Counted from the first letter of the stretch, positions 12,843 through 26,288 are shown. The stretch: 57,601 bases of DNA from Octopus bimaculoides (GCF_001194135.2 NC_068982.1:112151044-112208644), one strand, 5' to 3'. Program-made: numbers and translations. The notes: generated by a model from the letters alone, not told the origin.

Positions 12843-13211
12843 AAGCTGATAATGTCACGCTGTCTGTTGATTGGCTAAAATTACCCAAATTTCCCAACTT
12901 TAATGCCAATCATCAAATTCTTTCATTTACAAGATAAACTAATTAGTTGATCGTAATCAAAATTCAGAGTCGCATCGATACACCAAAATTGAAAGCAATC
13001 TGAGAAATATTAAGTGGGGCCCATTTTGCGAATGAGAAAGACTAAGTCCCCTCACGGGCCTCGGAGCACACTTCTGTCGTGGATTGCTGTCAATAAATAA
13101 GTAAGGCCTAGTTCATTGATTTGCCTGGGGACATTTGATGCTGGAAAGAGGACTCTGATGATGGAGTAATTTCTCTTAGCTCATTCTCGTTTCGCATACA
13201 TATACACACAA

Positions 13212-13267
<56 letters not shown>

Positions 13268-13706
13268 CGTGTATGCGTGTGTGCGTGCGCGTGTGTTAGT
13301 GACTGAATGCGTGTTCACATGTGTGATAGGTAAATCATTATAGCGCTTATAAAAAGTCATTAACCACCAGCATCCTTCTCCTGTTACGATCCTGCTTCTA
13401 TTCCTCCATCTCTTTGCCTTTTCTGTCATTCATTCCGTCACTTCTATATTGACAAGTTGGCCAACTGTCCATAATGGCTGATATTTTGATTTGTCCCTAT
13501 TAACCGGCTTAAAGCAGTTAATTATAGACACTGTTAGCTTTCATCCTTTCTGTCAGCCATCACTGTCAGACTGTACTGCTAAATTGTATATATATGTGCG
13601 TGTGTATGTGTGCTTACGACATTGAAATCTGGCATTAAGATGATTCGTTAGCAATTTATCCTCTATCGTTTGAGTTTCTTTGGATTCAGTTAGTTTTTGT
13701 ACACAC

Positions 13707-13792
<86 letters not shown>

Positions 13793-14246
13793 CACACTAT
13801 GTCCAGATGTTGCCAGATGTTACGACTCAGGCCTGCTGACAGAAGGCGAGATTCATAAGTTCACCCTTATGGTGAGAATACTATAAACTCAAGTATCCCT
13901 ACACCGTTTGCAGCATTGAATGCGGATTACTGGAATCATCTGATCATAATCTATCTGTTTGTCTGTCTGTATGTATGTACGTACGTCTGTCAGACTGTCT
14001 GACACTTTATCAATCTATCTATAAATACACACGCACCCATATACAGCAAACCTACGTTCATGTTTTTTATTGTACGTACGGATGTACGTATGTATATTTG
14101 TATGTACGTACGTACGTATGTATGCGTATTTGTGTACGTATGCATAAATGAATGTATGTATACATGCACACATGCAGACACATACACACACACACACACA
14201 CACTTTTGTATGCAAATGTATTGTGTAAGCTATTTTTGTGTGTGTG

Positions 14247-14290
<44 letters not shown>

Positions 14291-14799
14291 TATATATATA
14301 TATATATATATNNNNNNNNNNNNNNNNNNNNNNNNNNNNNNNNNNNNNNNNNNNNNNNNNNNNNNNNNNNNNNNNNNNNNNNNNNNNNNNNNNNNNNNNN
14401 NNNNNNNNNNNNNNNNNNNNNNNNNNNNNNNNNNNNNNNNNNNNNNNNNNNNNNNNNNNNNNNNNNNNNNNNNNNNNNNNNNNNNNNNNNNNNNNNNNNN
14501 NNNNNNNNNNNNNNNNNNNTATATATATATATATATATATATATTCATTTAAATCTGTTAATTAACTTTGAAGGATAACTTCCTACATTCTTTAAACTGT
14601 GTCATTCTCCTTTGGTAGCAGCTAACAACTGCCACCTTGCATTTGCGCTCTTTTTGCAACTTAGTATCCACCAAGTTTTGATTTCAAAATTCATCGGAAT
14701 GGTTTAGAGGTTCTTCTATCATCTACTATATTCAGTTGTCATATTCTATATTCAGTTGAAACAATTATGCTCTTAGCCTCTGCACAATTTCAATTGTAT

Positions 14800-14940
14800 T
14801 CCAATGTGGATAATAGTTATTTATGCAGAAGATTTGCCGCAAGTTGTCACAAACTTCGAAGCTCAGAAATAAATTTGTCTTACAAAATTTAACTCCACTT
14901 CCCCATATAACGCTACCGCCTTCAACTAGGGTGTCTTTAG
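14800..14940 (-). mobile_element. Decayed Tc1-like transposase fragment
   Basis: EGGSVIWGSGVKFCKTNLFL resembles the Tc1-family GGGSVMVWG/A...GKT.L.F motif; no TIRs seen. Confidence 0.4.
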
Positions 14941-15498
14941 TGCACAATATAATTATTTTCTACCGCTGGTCTAAACATCTCCATAAAGGCCATAGGTAAT
15001 GGTCTTCTTCCTCTGAATAAGCTACAAAAAACTTCACCAAAAACAACATAAACTCTTGTTCTTAAACAAAATTTTAAAATGAAAAATAAACTATATACTT
15101 AAATATAATAGAATTGAAAATTAACAATCCATTGAATTTCAATGGCGTTCGCCAAAAGCGAAAAAATATTTTTATCTTTTACCGTAGATAATGAAGCCCA
15201 AAGATAACGCAGTCATTAATTTATGTGAACTGTACACCTGAGATGGTTTTTGTTTTCTGTATTCGGACCACGACACTTAGAAATTAATAAGCTCACTCCT
15301 TGTACAATTTTATAATGTAACATTAACCTTTCCCGATTTTACACTTGTAACAACACTGGTTCTACTTTAATGCTGTGAAAGTGAACTAATATGTATGTAT
15401 GAATGCATAAATATAAGTATATGTGTGTGTTTATACGTGTGTAGGCGTGTGCGTGCGTGGTATTGTGTCTCTCTCTCATACATACATACATACATACA

Positions 15499-15532
<34 letters not shown>

Positions 15533-16637
15533 CATACATACATACATAATAAAATTAAATGTCCTTGACAAGTCTTGCCTAATTGTTTGCCTTTCCTCAC
15601 TACTTTAACGCATCTCTACTGACTCAAGGGGAAGCCACTTCTAGTCGTTTTAAACAAGGCAGTCACTTAATCACAACTTCGACTGCTGTTCAAACTGAAA
15701 TTTTAGTGGTACGCCTATTTGAGCACTTGGAACGCATACCTATCAGTTTGAGTCACCCTGACGAAGACTCCTTCTATCCTTTACACANNNNNNNNNNNNN
15801 NNNNNNNNNNNNNNNNNNNNNNNNNNNNNNNNNNNNNNNNNNNNNNNNNNNNNNNNNNNNNNNNNNNNNNNNNNNNNNNNNNNNNNNNNNNNNNNNNNNN
15901 NNNNNNNNNNNNNNNNNNNNNNNNNNNNNNNNNNNNNNNNNNNNNNNNNNNNNNNNNNNNNNNNNNNNNNNNNNNNNNNNNNNNNNNNNNNNNNNNNNNN
16001 NNNNNNNNNNNNNNNNNNNNNNNNNNNNNNNNNNNNNNNNNNNNNNNNNNNNNNNNNNTATATATATATATATTCAACAAAAATATATCGACTAGATAAT
16101 AACTCAAAGAAATCCATAATGTGCATCAATAGGAAAATAGTTATGAATCTACTTGAAGGCGTATCCTAGAAGGTGTATCCTATCTTATTTAATTTAATGT
16201 GTGGCTGTGTGAAGTAGTTGCAAAGGAGGAACAATTCTGGATATTTGATTTAGATATCGGCTATGTTGCTTCTCACAAATTATTTGTTAAACATAATTTT
16301 AATGGACGTATTAAAAAAAAAATCTCAGACGTCTTTTCTGTAATGTTTTGTATTTTTTCAACAGTTTTATAGCCGACTTTCTATAATAGTGTTTTGATTG
16401 ATCTTTATGAGAAAGAAACAACAGAAAGGATGTTCTCTTGTCTGGTTCAAATTAGTGCTGAAAGGATAGCGGCTTCGGAAGAAGCTCTTCACCTGGCAGT
16501 AATTCTCTGCTACTAAGCAGAACAATAGAATTTTTGTTCAGATAAATTTTACGCTTATCTTCCTATTACAGTTCTTTCTCCTTCTCCGTTTCCGCACCGT
16601 CATCGTGGAGGAGACGGAGGAAGAAGATACAATAATT

Positions 16638-16837
16638 GTTTCAAATTTTGGCACAAAGCCAGCAATTTTAGAATGAGAGCAAGATCTACTTGACTGCCTC
16701 ATTACCTTATTAATTCTGAAAATTTGAAAAGCAAACTTGACCTCGGCGATATAAGGGCTCAGGACGTAATGAGCCAGAAGAAAGGCCGCTAACAATTCTC
16801 ATCCAACACCCTAACAATTCTACCTGATCACTGCCTT
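16638..16837 (-). mobile_element. Diverged SINE family A copy
   Basis: GTTTCAAATTTTGGCACAAAGCCAGCAATTTT...GCAAACTTGACCTCGGCG, as in 47324-47531. Confidence 0.75.
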
Positions 16838-16960
16838 TTAAATGATCTTAATGGTAATCATCGTCGATGTTGTGATCGTCTTCTTCACCATGGTTATAAA
16901 CATTGTTATCCTCTCGTCGTTTAGAATTCAGTTTTGTCTTGTAGTATTCAAAGAAATAAT

Positions 16961-17364
16961 AGGCAGAATGGTTAGTACGCTGGCTGAATGGTTAGTACGC
17001 TGGCTGAATGGTTAGTACGCTGGCTGAATGGTTAGTACGCTGGCTGAATGGTTAGTACGCCGGCTGAATGGTTAGTGCGCTGGCTGAATGGTTAGTACGC
17101 CGGCTGAATGGTTAGTACGCCGGCTGAATGGTTAGTACGCTGCCTGAATGGTTAGTACGCTGGCTGAATGGTTAGTACGCTGGCTGAATGGTTAGTACGC
17201 TGGCTGAATGGTTGGTACGCTGGCTGAATGGTTGGTACGCTGGCTGAATGGTTGGTACGCTGGCTGAATGGTTAGTACGCTGGCTGAATGGTTGGTACGC
17301 TGGCTGAATGGTTAGTACGCTGGCTGAATGGTTAGTACGCTGGCTGAATGGTTAGTACGCTGGC
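16961..17364 (+). repeat. 20-bp minisatellite (TGGCTGAATGGTTAGTACGC)n, 20 units visible, running into a gap
   Basis: Exact 20-bp period with a few variants (CGGCT, TGCCT, GTTGG, GTGCG). Confidence 0.98.
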
Positions 17365-19581
17365 NNNNNNNNNNNNNNNNNNNNNNNNNNNNNNNNNNNN
17401 NNNNNNNNNNNNNNNNNNNNNNNNNNNNNNNNNNNNNNNNNNNNNNNNNNNNNNNNNNNNNNNNNNNNNNNNNNNNNNNNNNNNNNNNNNNNNNNNNNNN
17501 NNNNNNNNNNNNNNNNNNNNNNNNNNNNNNNNNNNNNNNNNNNNNNNNNNNNNNNNNNNNNNNNNNNNNNNNNNNNNNNNNNNNNNNNNNNNNNNNNNNN
17601 NNNNNNNNNNNNNNNNNNNNNNNNNNNNNNNNNNNNNNNNNNNNNNNNNNNNNNNNNNNNNNNNNNNNNNNNNNNNNNNNNNNNNNNNNNNNNNNNNNNN
17701 NNNNNNNNNNNNNNNNNNNNNNNNNNNNNNNNNNNNNNNNNNNNNNNNNNNNNNNNNNNNNNNNNNNNNNNNNNNNNNNNNNNNNNNNNNNNNNNNNNNN
17801 NNNNNNNNNNNNNNNNNNNNNNNNNNNNNNNNNNNNNNNNNNNNNNNNNNNNNNNNNNNNNNNNNNNNNNNNNNNNNNNNNNNNNNNNNNNNNNNNNNNN
17901 NNNNNNNNNNNNNNNNNNNNNNNNNNNNNNNNNNNNNNNNNNNNNNNNNNNNNNNNNNNNNNNNNNNNNNNNNNNNNNNNNNNNNNNNNNNNNNNNNNNN
18001 NNNNNNNNNNNNNNNNNNNNNNNNNNNNNNNNNNNNNNNNNNNNNNNNNNNNNNNNNNNNNNNNNNNNNNNNNNNNNNNNNNNNNNNNNNNNNNNNNNNN
18101 NNNNNNNNNNNNNNNNNNNNNNNNNNNNNNNNNNNNNNNNNNNNNNNNNNNNNNNNNNNNNNNNNNNNNNNNNNNNNNNNNNNNNNNNNNNNNNNNNNNN
18201 NNNNNNNNNNNNNNNNNNNNNNNNNNNNNNNNNNNNNNNNNNNNNNNNNNNNNNNNNNNNNNNNNNNNNNNNNNNNNNNNNNNNNNNNNNNNNNNNNNNN
18301 NNNNNNNNNNNNNNNNNNNNNNNNNNNTATATATATATATATATATGGGAGAATATACAAAAAATAACAACAGACGAGGACAGGTGGTGTAAATAACAAA
18401 AGTATATATTAGTATATGTAACTCTCCGACGGTTTATATTCCAATTTTGACATAAGGATTTTGTGTAGCACACACACTCAAGTACACACCACACACACAC
18501 AAACGCGCGCGCCCGCTCGTGCGCACACAAACATTAACACACACACACACACACACACAAACACACACAAAGTAAGCATTTGACAGATGGAATAGATAGT
18601 TGTTTGAAACTCTTCAAAATCGTTGTTGCTTGAAATAAAATAGAAGCATTATTGAGCAAATACCATTACAAAACATGAAGACATCTCTGTTTCGTCTTGG
18701 AATTGAGCACATTTATTTGTACTTAGTCACTCATAAATCTCTACCGACCATTCCTTAAAACAAAAGATCGATAATGCTCCTGTCTCTTATGATTGATTTA
18801 CCCCTAGTAAAATACCACAATTCTTTACAAATCTTCAATACAAAGCTCATCACATGTCGTCTGCTTTCAACCCTTTCAGTTGCTTTCACCCCACCCCAAA
18901 TAGATTTGTTTAAACTAGCAACAGAGAACATTTTCTTATTTCCGTCAGTGTTTCATAAAGTATAGCATTAGGGCAGCGATTGGTTGAATAGTTCAAGTCA
19001 AACTAATTTTAACGGTCGATAAAGTCGATATTATTGTATACTTATCACTGCATTGTTTTGCTTTTGTTGCCGTTGAACATTTTTATGAGAAGTGAATTGT
19101 GGGGTGCTTACTTGGAAACATCAGTACTATTGGTGATATTACCTTTTGAATTATATCATTTTACTTCTCAGAGCTCTCGGCCTTATTTGGTCTGGCTGAT
19201 TTTGTGAAAGTGGACAGCAAACTGTTGTCAGAAGTCTCACAGAGTCTCTTTCCGCAAATTATAAGATTTGGTACTCTTCTACTTCTTCTTCTGCTCCTCC
19301 ACCTCCTCCTCCTCCTCATCCTCCTGCTCCTCCTCCTCCTCCTCCTCCNNNNNNNNNNNNNNNNNNNNNNNNNNNNNNNNNNNNNNNNNNNNNNNNNNNN
19401 NNNNNNNNNNNNNNNNNNNNNNNNNNNNNNNNNNNNNNNNNNNNNNNNNNNNNNNNNNNNNNNNNNNNNNNNNNNNNNNNNNNNNNNNTTCTTCTTCTTC
19501 TTCTTCTTCTTCTTCTTCTTCTTCTTCTTCTTCTTCTTCTTCTTCTTCTTCTATTATTATTATTATTATTATTATTGTTGT

Positions 19582-19777
19582 AAGGCGGCGAGCTGGCAGA
19601 AACGTTAGCACGTTTGAAACGCTTCGTGGTATTTCGTTTGTCTTTACGTTCAAATGCAGTCGAGGTCGATTTCGTCTTTCATCCTTTCGGGATCGATAAA
19701 TTAAACACCAGTTGCGTACTGGGGTCGATCTATTCGACTGGCCCCCTCCCCACAAAATTTCGGGCTTTGTAGAAAAG
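19582..19777 (+). mobile_element. Near full-length tRNA-derived SINE (family A)
   Basis: A-box-like TGGCAGAAACG, B-box-like GTTCAAATGC, core GAGGTCGATTTCGTCTTTCATCCTTTCGGGATCGATAAA (resembles the MetaSINE central domain, from recall), (ATT)n tail. 17-bp direct flanks ATTATTATTATTGTTGT at 19565-19581 and 19778-19794. Confidence 0.85.
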
Positions 19778-20183
19778 ATTATTATTATTGTTGTTTTGTT
19801 GTTGTTCGTGTTTCTATTAGCAATAGTAATGCTTCTAAACGTAGTAGTACTTGTAGTAGTAGTAGTAGTAGTATTAGATAACTATAGATGCAGTTGAGTT
19901 CTATGAAGAAGGTAGGGGAATAGAAAATGCAAAATAAGAAAAAGGTGAATTGGTGATGGTGGTGGTATTGGTTGTGATTATAATAAAAAAAATTTATACA
20001 TAAGCAAAAGAATAAAATACAAATAAATTAATTAAAAAAAAAAGAAATATCGTTTTGTTTTTGTTAATTAAGGGAAACTAAATATTTTGCTCAAGGATTG
20101 AAAAAAAGAGAGGATATTGTGAAACCGAAACCAAAAAACAGAAAACCTATCCTCTCCATTATTCTGCTTTGTAACAACAACAA

Positions 20184-20219
<36 letters not shown>

Positions 20220-20222
20220 CAA

Positions 20223-20580
20223 TATGCCCTGATGCAGTACCAGATATTGGCTCTCATGGCTTTTGATGTTAAGTGATCGGAAGTGCTATTATGTACATTT
20301 TCTTGTCTTGGTATAAGAGATGGGCTACAACAAATATTCAGCTCAATACACATCTGCTCGTCAGTTGCTTGACCTCCTTAAACAAATTTTATTCAGGGAC
20401 CTTTTGAGCGGGATGGGCTACTCAACCTGAAGAACATTCTGACTGGGTCCCACTTAGAAGATCACGCACTGTTTATCTTGATATGAGATCAACATGTCGT
20501 GCACATATAGTTGTGGTGCATGTGCCTGGTGTACCCTTATCAGACGGGTAGTCATGATGGGTATACTGGGCATCGTATAT
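20223..20580 (+). mobile_element. LINE 3'UTR-like repeat; a shorter 3' piece lies at about 7400-7468 and ends in (AAT)n
   Basis: GTCATGATGGGTATACTGGGCATCGTATATTT resembles GCCATGATGGGTTTCGTATATCT at about 7400, which continues to CTCTCTCACTC(AAT)n; family assignment partly from recall. Confidence 0.5.
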
Positions 20581-21897
20581 TTTAACAACTAGTAAGGATG
20601 GGATGAAGGCTGACACAGCAAATACGTAGCCGACACTGGTACAGACACACAGTCAACGAACTAGACCCGTTTGAATTGAAAAAAAAAAACACGCTAGACT
20701 CACGTAGAGGACGATGCAATACGGTTTTGTGATGATACTTCACTGGAGAGAAAAGGTAATCAGTAATGAAGGCATAGAAGGGATGTATTATTGTATGTAT
20801 GTATGTAATATATATATATATATATATAAATTAAATAATAAGGGTAGAAATTGTTATTAATCACTTAAAACCAGTGGCTTAGCATATTTAAAAAATCCGA
20901 AGAAAAATAAGCTGCTGAAATTTATTAACTGCAGAGTTATTTCCAGACTCAACGCGCCAAAGTGAGGACATTTGAAAAAATACACCCAAATATAATTTGC
21001 AGAACTTTATACATGCTCTGTTTCTAGTTCTGGAAATTTTGGTTTGTAAGTGACAGACTACGTTGACGATCTTGCAGATATTTGCGTGTTTATATACGTA
21101 GATATTAACAAGTGAAACTATGGTACGTAGCTAATCGTTCTTTATTTCGTATATCTTCATTTGTCTTGCTCATTTTTACATTTTGGCGTTTTGCTGAGAT
21201 TTTTCTCGAGAATACACTCTTCGTGGTAATGGCGATTTGACGTATATGTTTAGCATATTAGGTGTCCACTTTAGTGGTCATTGCTCTTAATTTTGTGTAT
21301 ATATATATATATATATNNNNNNNNNNNNNNNNNNNNNNNNNNNNNNNNNNNNNNNNNNNNNNNNNNNNNNNNNNNNNNNNNNNNNNNNNNNNNNNNNNNN
21401 NNNNNNNNNNNNNNNNNNNNNNNNNNNNNNNNNNNNNNNNNNNNNNNNNNNNNNNNNNNNNNNNNNNNNNNNNNNNNNNNNNNNNNNNNNNNNNNNNNNN
21501 NNNNNNNNNNNNNNNNNNNNNNNNNNNNNNNNNNNNNNNNNNNNNNNNNNNNNNNNNNNNNNNNNNNNNNNNNNNNNNNNNNNNNNNNNNNNNNNNNNNN
21601 NNNNNNNNNNNNNNNNNNNNNNNNNNNNNNNNNNNNNNNNNNNNNNNNNNNNNNNNNNNNNNNNNNNNNNNNNNNNNNNNNNNNNNNNNNNNNNNNNNNN
21701 NNNNNNNNNNNNNNNNNNNNNNNNNNNNNNNNNNNNNNNNNNNNNNNNNNNNNNNNNNNNNNNNNNNNNNNNNNNNNNNNNNNNNNNNNNNNNNNNNNNN
21801 NNNNNNNNNNNNNNNNNNNNNNNNNNNNNNNNNNNNNNNNNNNNNNNNNNNNNNNNNNNNNNNNNNNNNNNNNNNNNNNNNNNNNNNNNNNNNNNNN

Positions 21898-21940
<43 letters not shown>

Positions 21941-22269
21941 GAGAGAGAGTGAGTCTGTGTATTATTTATCTGTGGATCTATCTCTCAGTACACACGTACA
22001 CACATACACACACAATCAGACACATAAACACACACGTGCGCGCGCGGGCTCTCTCTCAGTCTCAGTCTCTCTCTCTCTCTCTCTCTCTTACACACACACG
22101 TTATAGGAGCAGGATAATGCCTGTTGTAATATAATAGAGCAGTAGTAATGTAATAACATAATATACCTGTGAGAATATGTTTTCAGTTATACACCAGGAG
22201 ATACAAATGCTAGTATTACAAGTTTTTGACTTGGTGGACTAGAACTTCTATTCGTATTGTATTTCCAAT

Positions 22270-22450
22270 TCTACACAATTATTTATACATATTATGAAGG
22301 TCAGGAAACCTTAAGAGAACAATTCCAAAATTCCACTGTCAACAACATGGAACAACACCAGAATTAATATACGATTAGAATTTCACCCTGATGAAGACAG
22401 AGAGAGATATTCCATTTGTACTTGTAACCTCCAGTGTGTTTCGGATGTAT
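22270..22450 (+). mobile_element. Possible Penelope-like 3' remnant
   Basis: Decayed reading LREQF....TPELI resembling PLE GIY-YIG C-termini, followed by CACCCTGATGAAGAC (hammerhead 5' core; GAAA missing). Confidence 0.3.
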
Positions 22451-22740
22451 ATTCTTACATATATATTACATGTTATTGTGTGTATTGGGAAGACTGCGGG
22501 AGAATAATGGAATACGGAGGTACATTCAATTATTTAGCATGCATATTAAATTCTCATGAAACACTCGTATTCATTTATATTCATTTATATTCTTATATAT
22601 ACACACGCATATACATTCTCAAAGACATACAGGAAACATAAATTATATGTCTGTGTATATATATATATAAGTTAAAGGTTCTTGAATCGTAACTCTGAAT
22701 TTCATGAATTCGATTGTTTGAATGAATCTCACACAAACAC

Positions 22741-22809
<69 letters not shown>

Positions 22810-23972
22810 CGTACTCACATACACAAGCAGCGCACAGAAGGCCACGAGCAATAATTAGGAGGATATGCAATAAGATATTCTACACTGGTGTATATAATTG
22901 TTTGCCAAGTAATCCATACAAATATAAACAAACATAATATCAGCTTGAAATCACTTTGAGAAAGGATGAAAGAGCGAGAGAGAAAGAGAGAGAGCGGGGA
23001 GAAGAAGAGGGGAAAAGAAGGGGAGGGAGCGAGAGACAAAGGATGAAACAAAGGAAGGGGGAAAAGTACAGGAGAGAAAGTTGGGAAAGAGAGGGAGATT
23101 ATAGTCTATGTTATTTTATTTGGAATTACTTTATTTATGAATGTTTTCTAACGTGAAGAAATTATTTGTCGAACAATTCTGCAAGAGAATTTTAAGTGAA
23201 TCCTTGATTGCTTCATGTTGGAGATTTGTCTCTCTGTATACATTATGTTGTTATTTGCTTGAATTTTCTCTTTTTACAGTTTCTTTTTTAAGCAATTAAA
23301 GCGCTTCTTCAATGTTTTATCAACTAATGCAATTGTTTAACTTTTATTTATTTCGTTTTGTCTAATTAGGCACGGAATGTATAATGTTTTAGATGGATTC
23401 TTTTTTTTATATAACTGCATCTGTTTACGAATACACACGTAGTACACATTGAATAAATGCACATGTATCAACATGTATCTATATACATAGATTTATCTAC
23501 ATGCCCATTCATATGCACACATTTATATAATTATATGTATACTTCCATCCATCCATCCATCCATCCATCCATCCATCCATCCATCCATCTACACATACAT
23601 CTTCCCATATATACATATGAAGGCAGAAGCATGAGCATAGTTACGTGTCTTCGTATGTACATACGTAATGCAAAAATACATCTATACATGTATATATATA
23701 TATATGTATATANNNNNNNNNNNNNNNNNNNNNNNNNNNNNNNNNNNNNNNNNNNNNNNNNNNNNNNNNNNNNNNNNNNNNNNNNNNNNNNNNNNNNNNN
23801 NNNNNNNNNNNNNNNNNNNNNNNNNNNNNNNNNNNNNNNNNNNNNNNNNNNNNNNNNNNNNNNNNNNNNNNNNNNNNNNNNNNNNNNNNNNNNNNNNNNN
23901 NNNNNNNNNNNNNNNNNNNNNNNNNNNNNNNNNNNNNNNNNNNNNNNNNNNNNNNNNNNNNNNNNNNNNNNN

Positions 23973-24009
<37 letters not shown>

Positions 24010-25942
24010 GGTTATATACGTTATACTTTGCTTATAAAAATTCGCCACGCGTAGAGTCAAACACACAAACGTAAACACAAGACGCAGGCACATACTAACA
24101 TATTTGGGTAGGATTTGATAAATGCGCAGCTGCAATAAACTGTAGATTAAGCATCCTGATGTATTGAATTGAATGTATGGTTAAATACTTGAGCGCATGC
24201 GTCGCCTTGTTGTTTATATTGAAAACACTTATCTTTTCTTGCTTCAGTTGGCCTTGCTTGAAAATATCAATCGTGTTATTCATTCAAATTAACTTACAAT
24301 AGAATATTGTTGGAGATAGATTCACGTTTCGTACATTTGTTTTTTGTATAACTATACAAACACAAATCTCCATTTAGTGCCTTTGCGACTATGGGCTGTC
24401 CAAGTTTTACGTTGTTTCCTTCTCTTACATCGCTTCTATATCACAAAAGTTGTTATTCAGCTCAATGTTATTCAGATTGTGGAAACTTATGTTTTTAAAG
24501 CTCATTATGGTTACATCATAGTGTTATTTCTATTTTTACAACTATAAGACATGACAGAGATTTCGCTAATACTTTTAATAAGTTGATATTCCACAAAAGC
24601 TCTGTTCCGCAAAAGTTTAAAGTGGGGGCAATCAACTGAACTCCGAATTCCATAGCACTAAGAGAATGAGAGAAGGGTTTCCACATGAAAAGGAGACTGT
24701 ATTTTCTGGAATATTGTTTGAAATCAGCACCGCAGAGCAATGATCTATATCGTTGTGTTGTCTTTTTTACAAACCATTGTACGGTTGATGATTATATTCA
24801 TTGAATATTAAACCTTTTGTCCAAAGACACTGCCGCATTAACCGTCGTTATTTGAGCCTCATCCTTTTTTAAACTTGAATTGCTAATGAATTATTACCAG
24901 TATTTTGGAAGTTCATTTGATCTCATATAGAATATCGTGGCTCTTTAACTCCACAGCAGTCTTAATTGAATAAACTTATGATAAAGACACTCTAAGCTGT
25001 GATAGCATTGTCTTTTGGTACACCTTGGGTAGTATTGTATACAAACGCATTGTATGTGGTAAACACATACGTATCGATTATTATATGAATCTAAATTGCT
25101 TCAGAAATTTCACATTCGTTATTTTCTTTACAAATGAAACATACGAAAGTATTTACATCACTATTTGAAGCTGATAGCTGACAGAGAAGGATGGATGTAT
25201 TTATTACAAATATATCAATATATAAATATATATGAAAATTGTACCTAACCGTTTATCGTTCACTTAAATCCATTTGCTTTTTTTTTGTAGTTTTCAAATG
25301 ATACAAATACGTAACCTCTAACAAGGTTGTATGGGAAAGCTAATGCAACCACATCCGACCATCTTAAAAATAATAAGGAAAAACTCGTTGGAAACATTAG
25401 TTCGAGAAAACCTAAAAAGATAGAATGGTCATAAATAGAATGCCATTGGTCGTCTGTTTGCTGAATTAAGCTTGATTTGGGACTAATCAATAACAGCAGA
25501 TAGTTGAAACATTGAAACGAAATTGTTTGTTGGTGGAAAACACCACCAGAAAAGGAAATCAAGGCCAGATAATGTCAAATAAATGAAGCACTACGTGCAA
25601 AAAAAGATAGTAAATCAAAGAAATTGAAGCGTTCTTAATTGTTCCAATTTGTAAGTTGCTGTTCGATTGTCTTCATAATAAGTTTACCAAGCCTCTATTT
25701 ATCGTTAAAGCACCCGAATAGGAAATATCATTTATGGAAGAATAGGGAAAGTATTATTATTTTTTTTATCAGAATTTCTTTTCAGCAAGGATATTTTCTC
25801 ATAATTTTCATGCCGATTATTCTTCAAAGTGAAATCAATGTCGCGTCTCCTCATTGATGTATTTAGTGGTAAACAGAAAAATATACACTATTTCTTTCTG
25901 GTGTAGAAAAAATACGTCCAACCAAATCTATCGATTCTTTTA

Positions 25943-26009
25943 TTTGACGTCTGTAAACAACAGGCGATAGTTTGACGTCAGTGAATGGCAAATGATATTT
26001 TGACGTCAG
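25943..26009. promoter_or_regulatory. Cluster of CRE (CREB/ATF) motifs
   Basis: TGACGTCT at 25945, TGACGTCA at 25973 and 26001; function not shown. Confidence 0.5.
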
Positions 26010-26288
26010 CGAATTACACTCTCCTTCATTGTCAGACACTTGGAGTCGAAAAGACTAAATTATGAAGCTCTTTTTAAAAGACTTGGAAGTGTTCTCACTG
26101 TACTGCTGGTGCGTAGGAATTATTTTATGGAGACAGATATTTTCTTATAAAGAAACAATCAAATATATATTAATTTGTGACAGTATTGCATTATGGAAAT
26201 AACGAGACTGAAGAAAAGAGAAGACATATTTTTGATATGAGGGTAGATGCAAATTGTGAAACTAACTAGACGTACATGAGTGCATTAC

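Larger units (their letters stand above)
11058..13586. repeat. Long inverted repeat: arms 11058-11192 and 13452-13586 (133/135 identical), with diverged inward extension to about 11350 / 13335
   Basis: Manual reverse-complement alignment; mismatches only at 11066/13578 and 11171/13473. Confidence 0.95.

Noticed and set aside
13154-13180. Second TCTGATGATGG 1.4 kb after the ribozyme (possible retrozyme partner)
   Set aside because: No GAAA or cleavage triplet follows, and the flanks do not align with 11713-11760.
16961-17364. CRISPR-like array
   Set aside because: Contiguous 20-bp units with no unique spacers, eukaryotic context, no cas genes.
25260-25562. 100-aa minus-strand ORF
   Set aside because: No motif or splice support; the opposite strand looks like decayed TE coding sequence.
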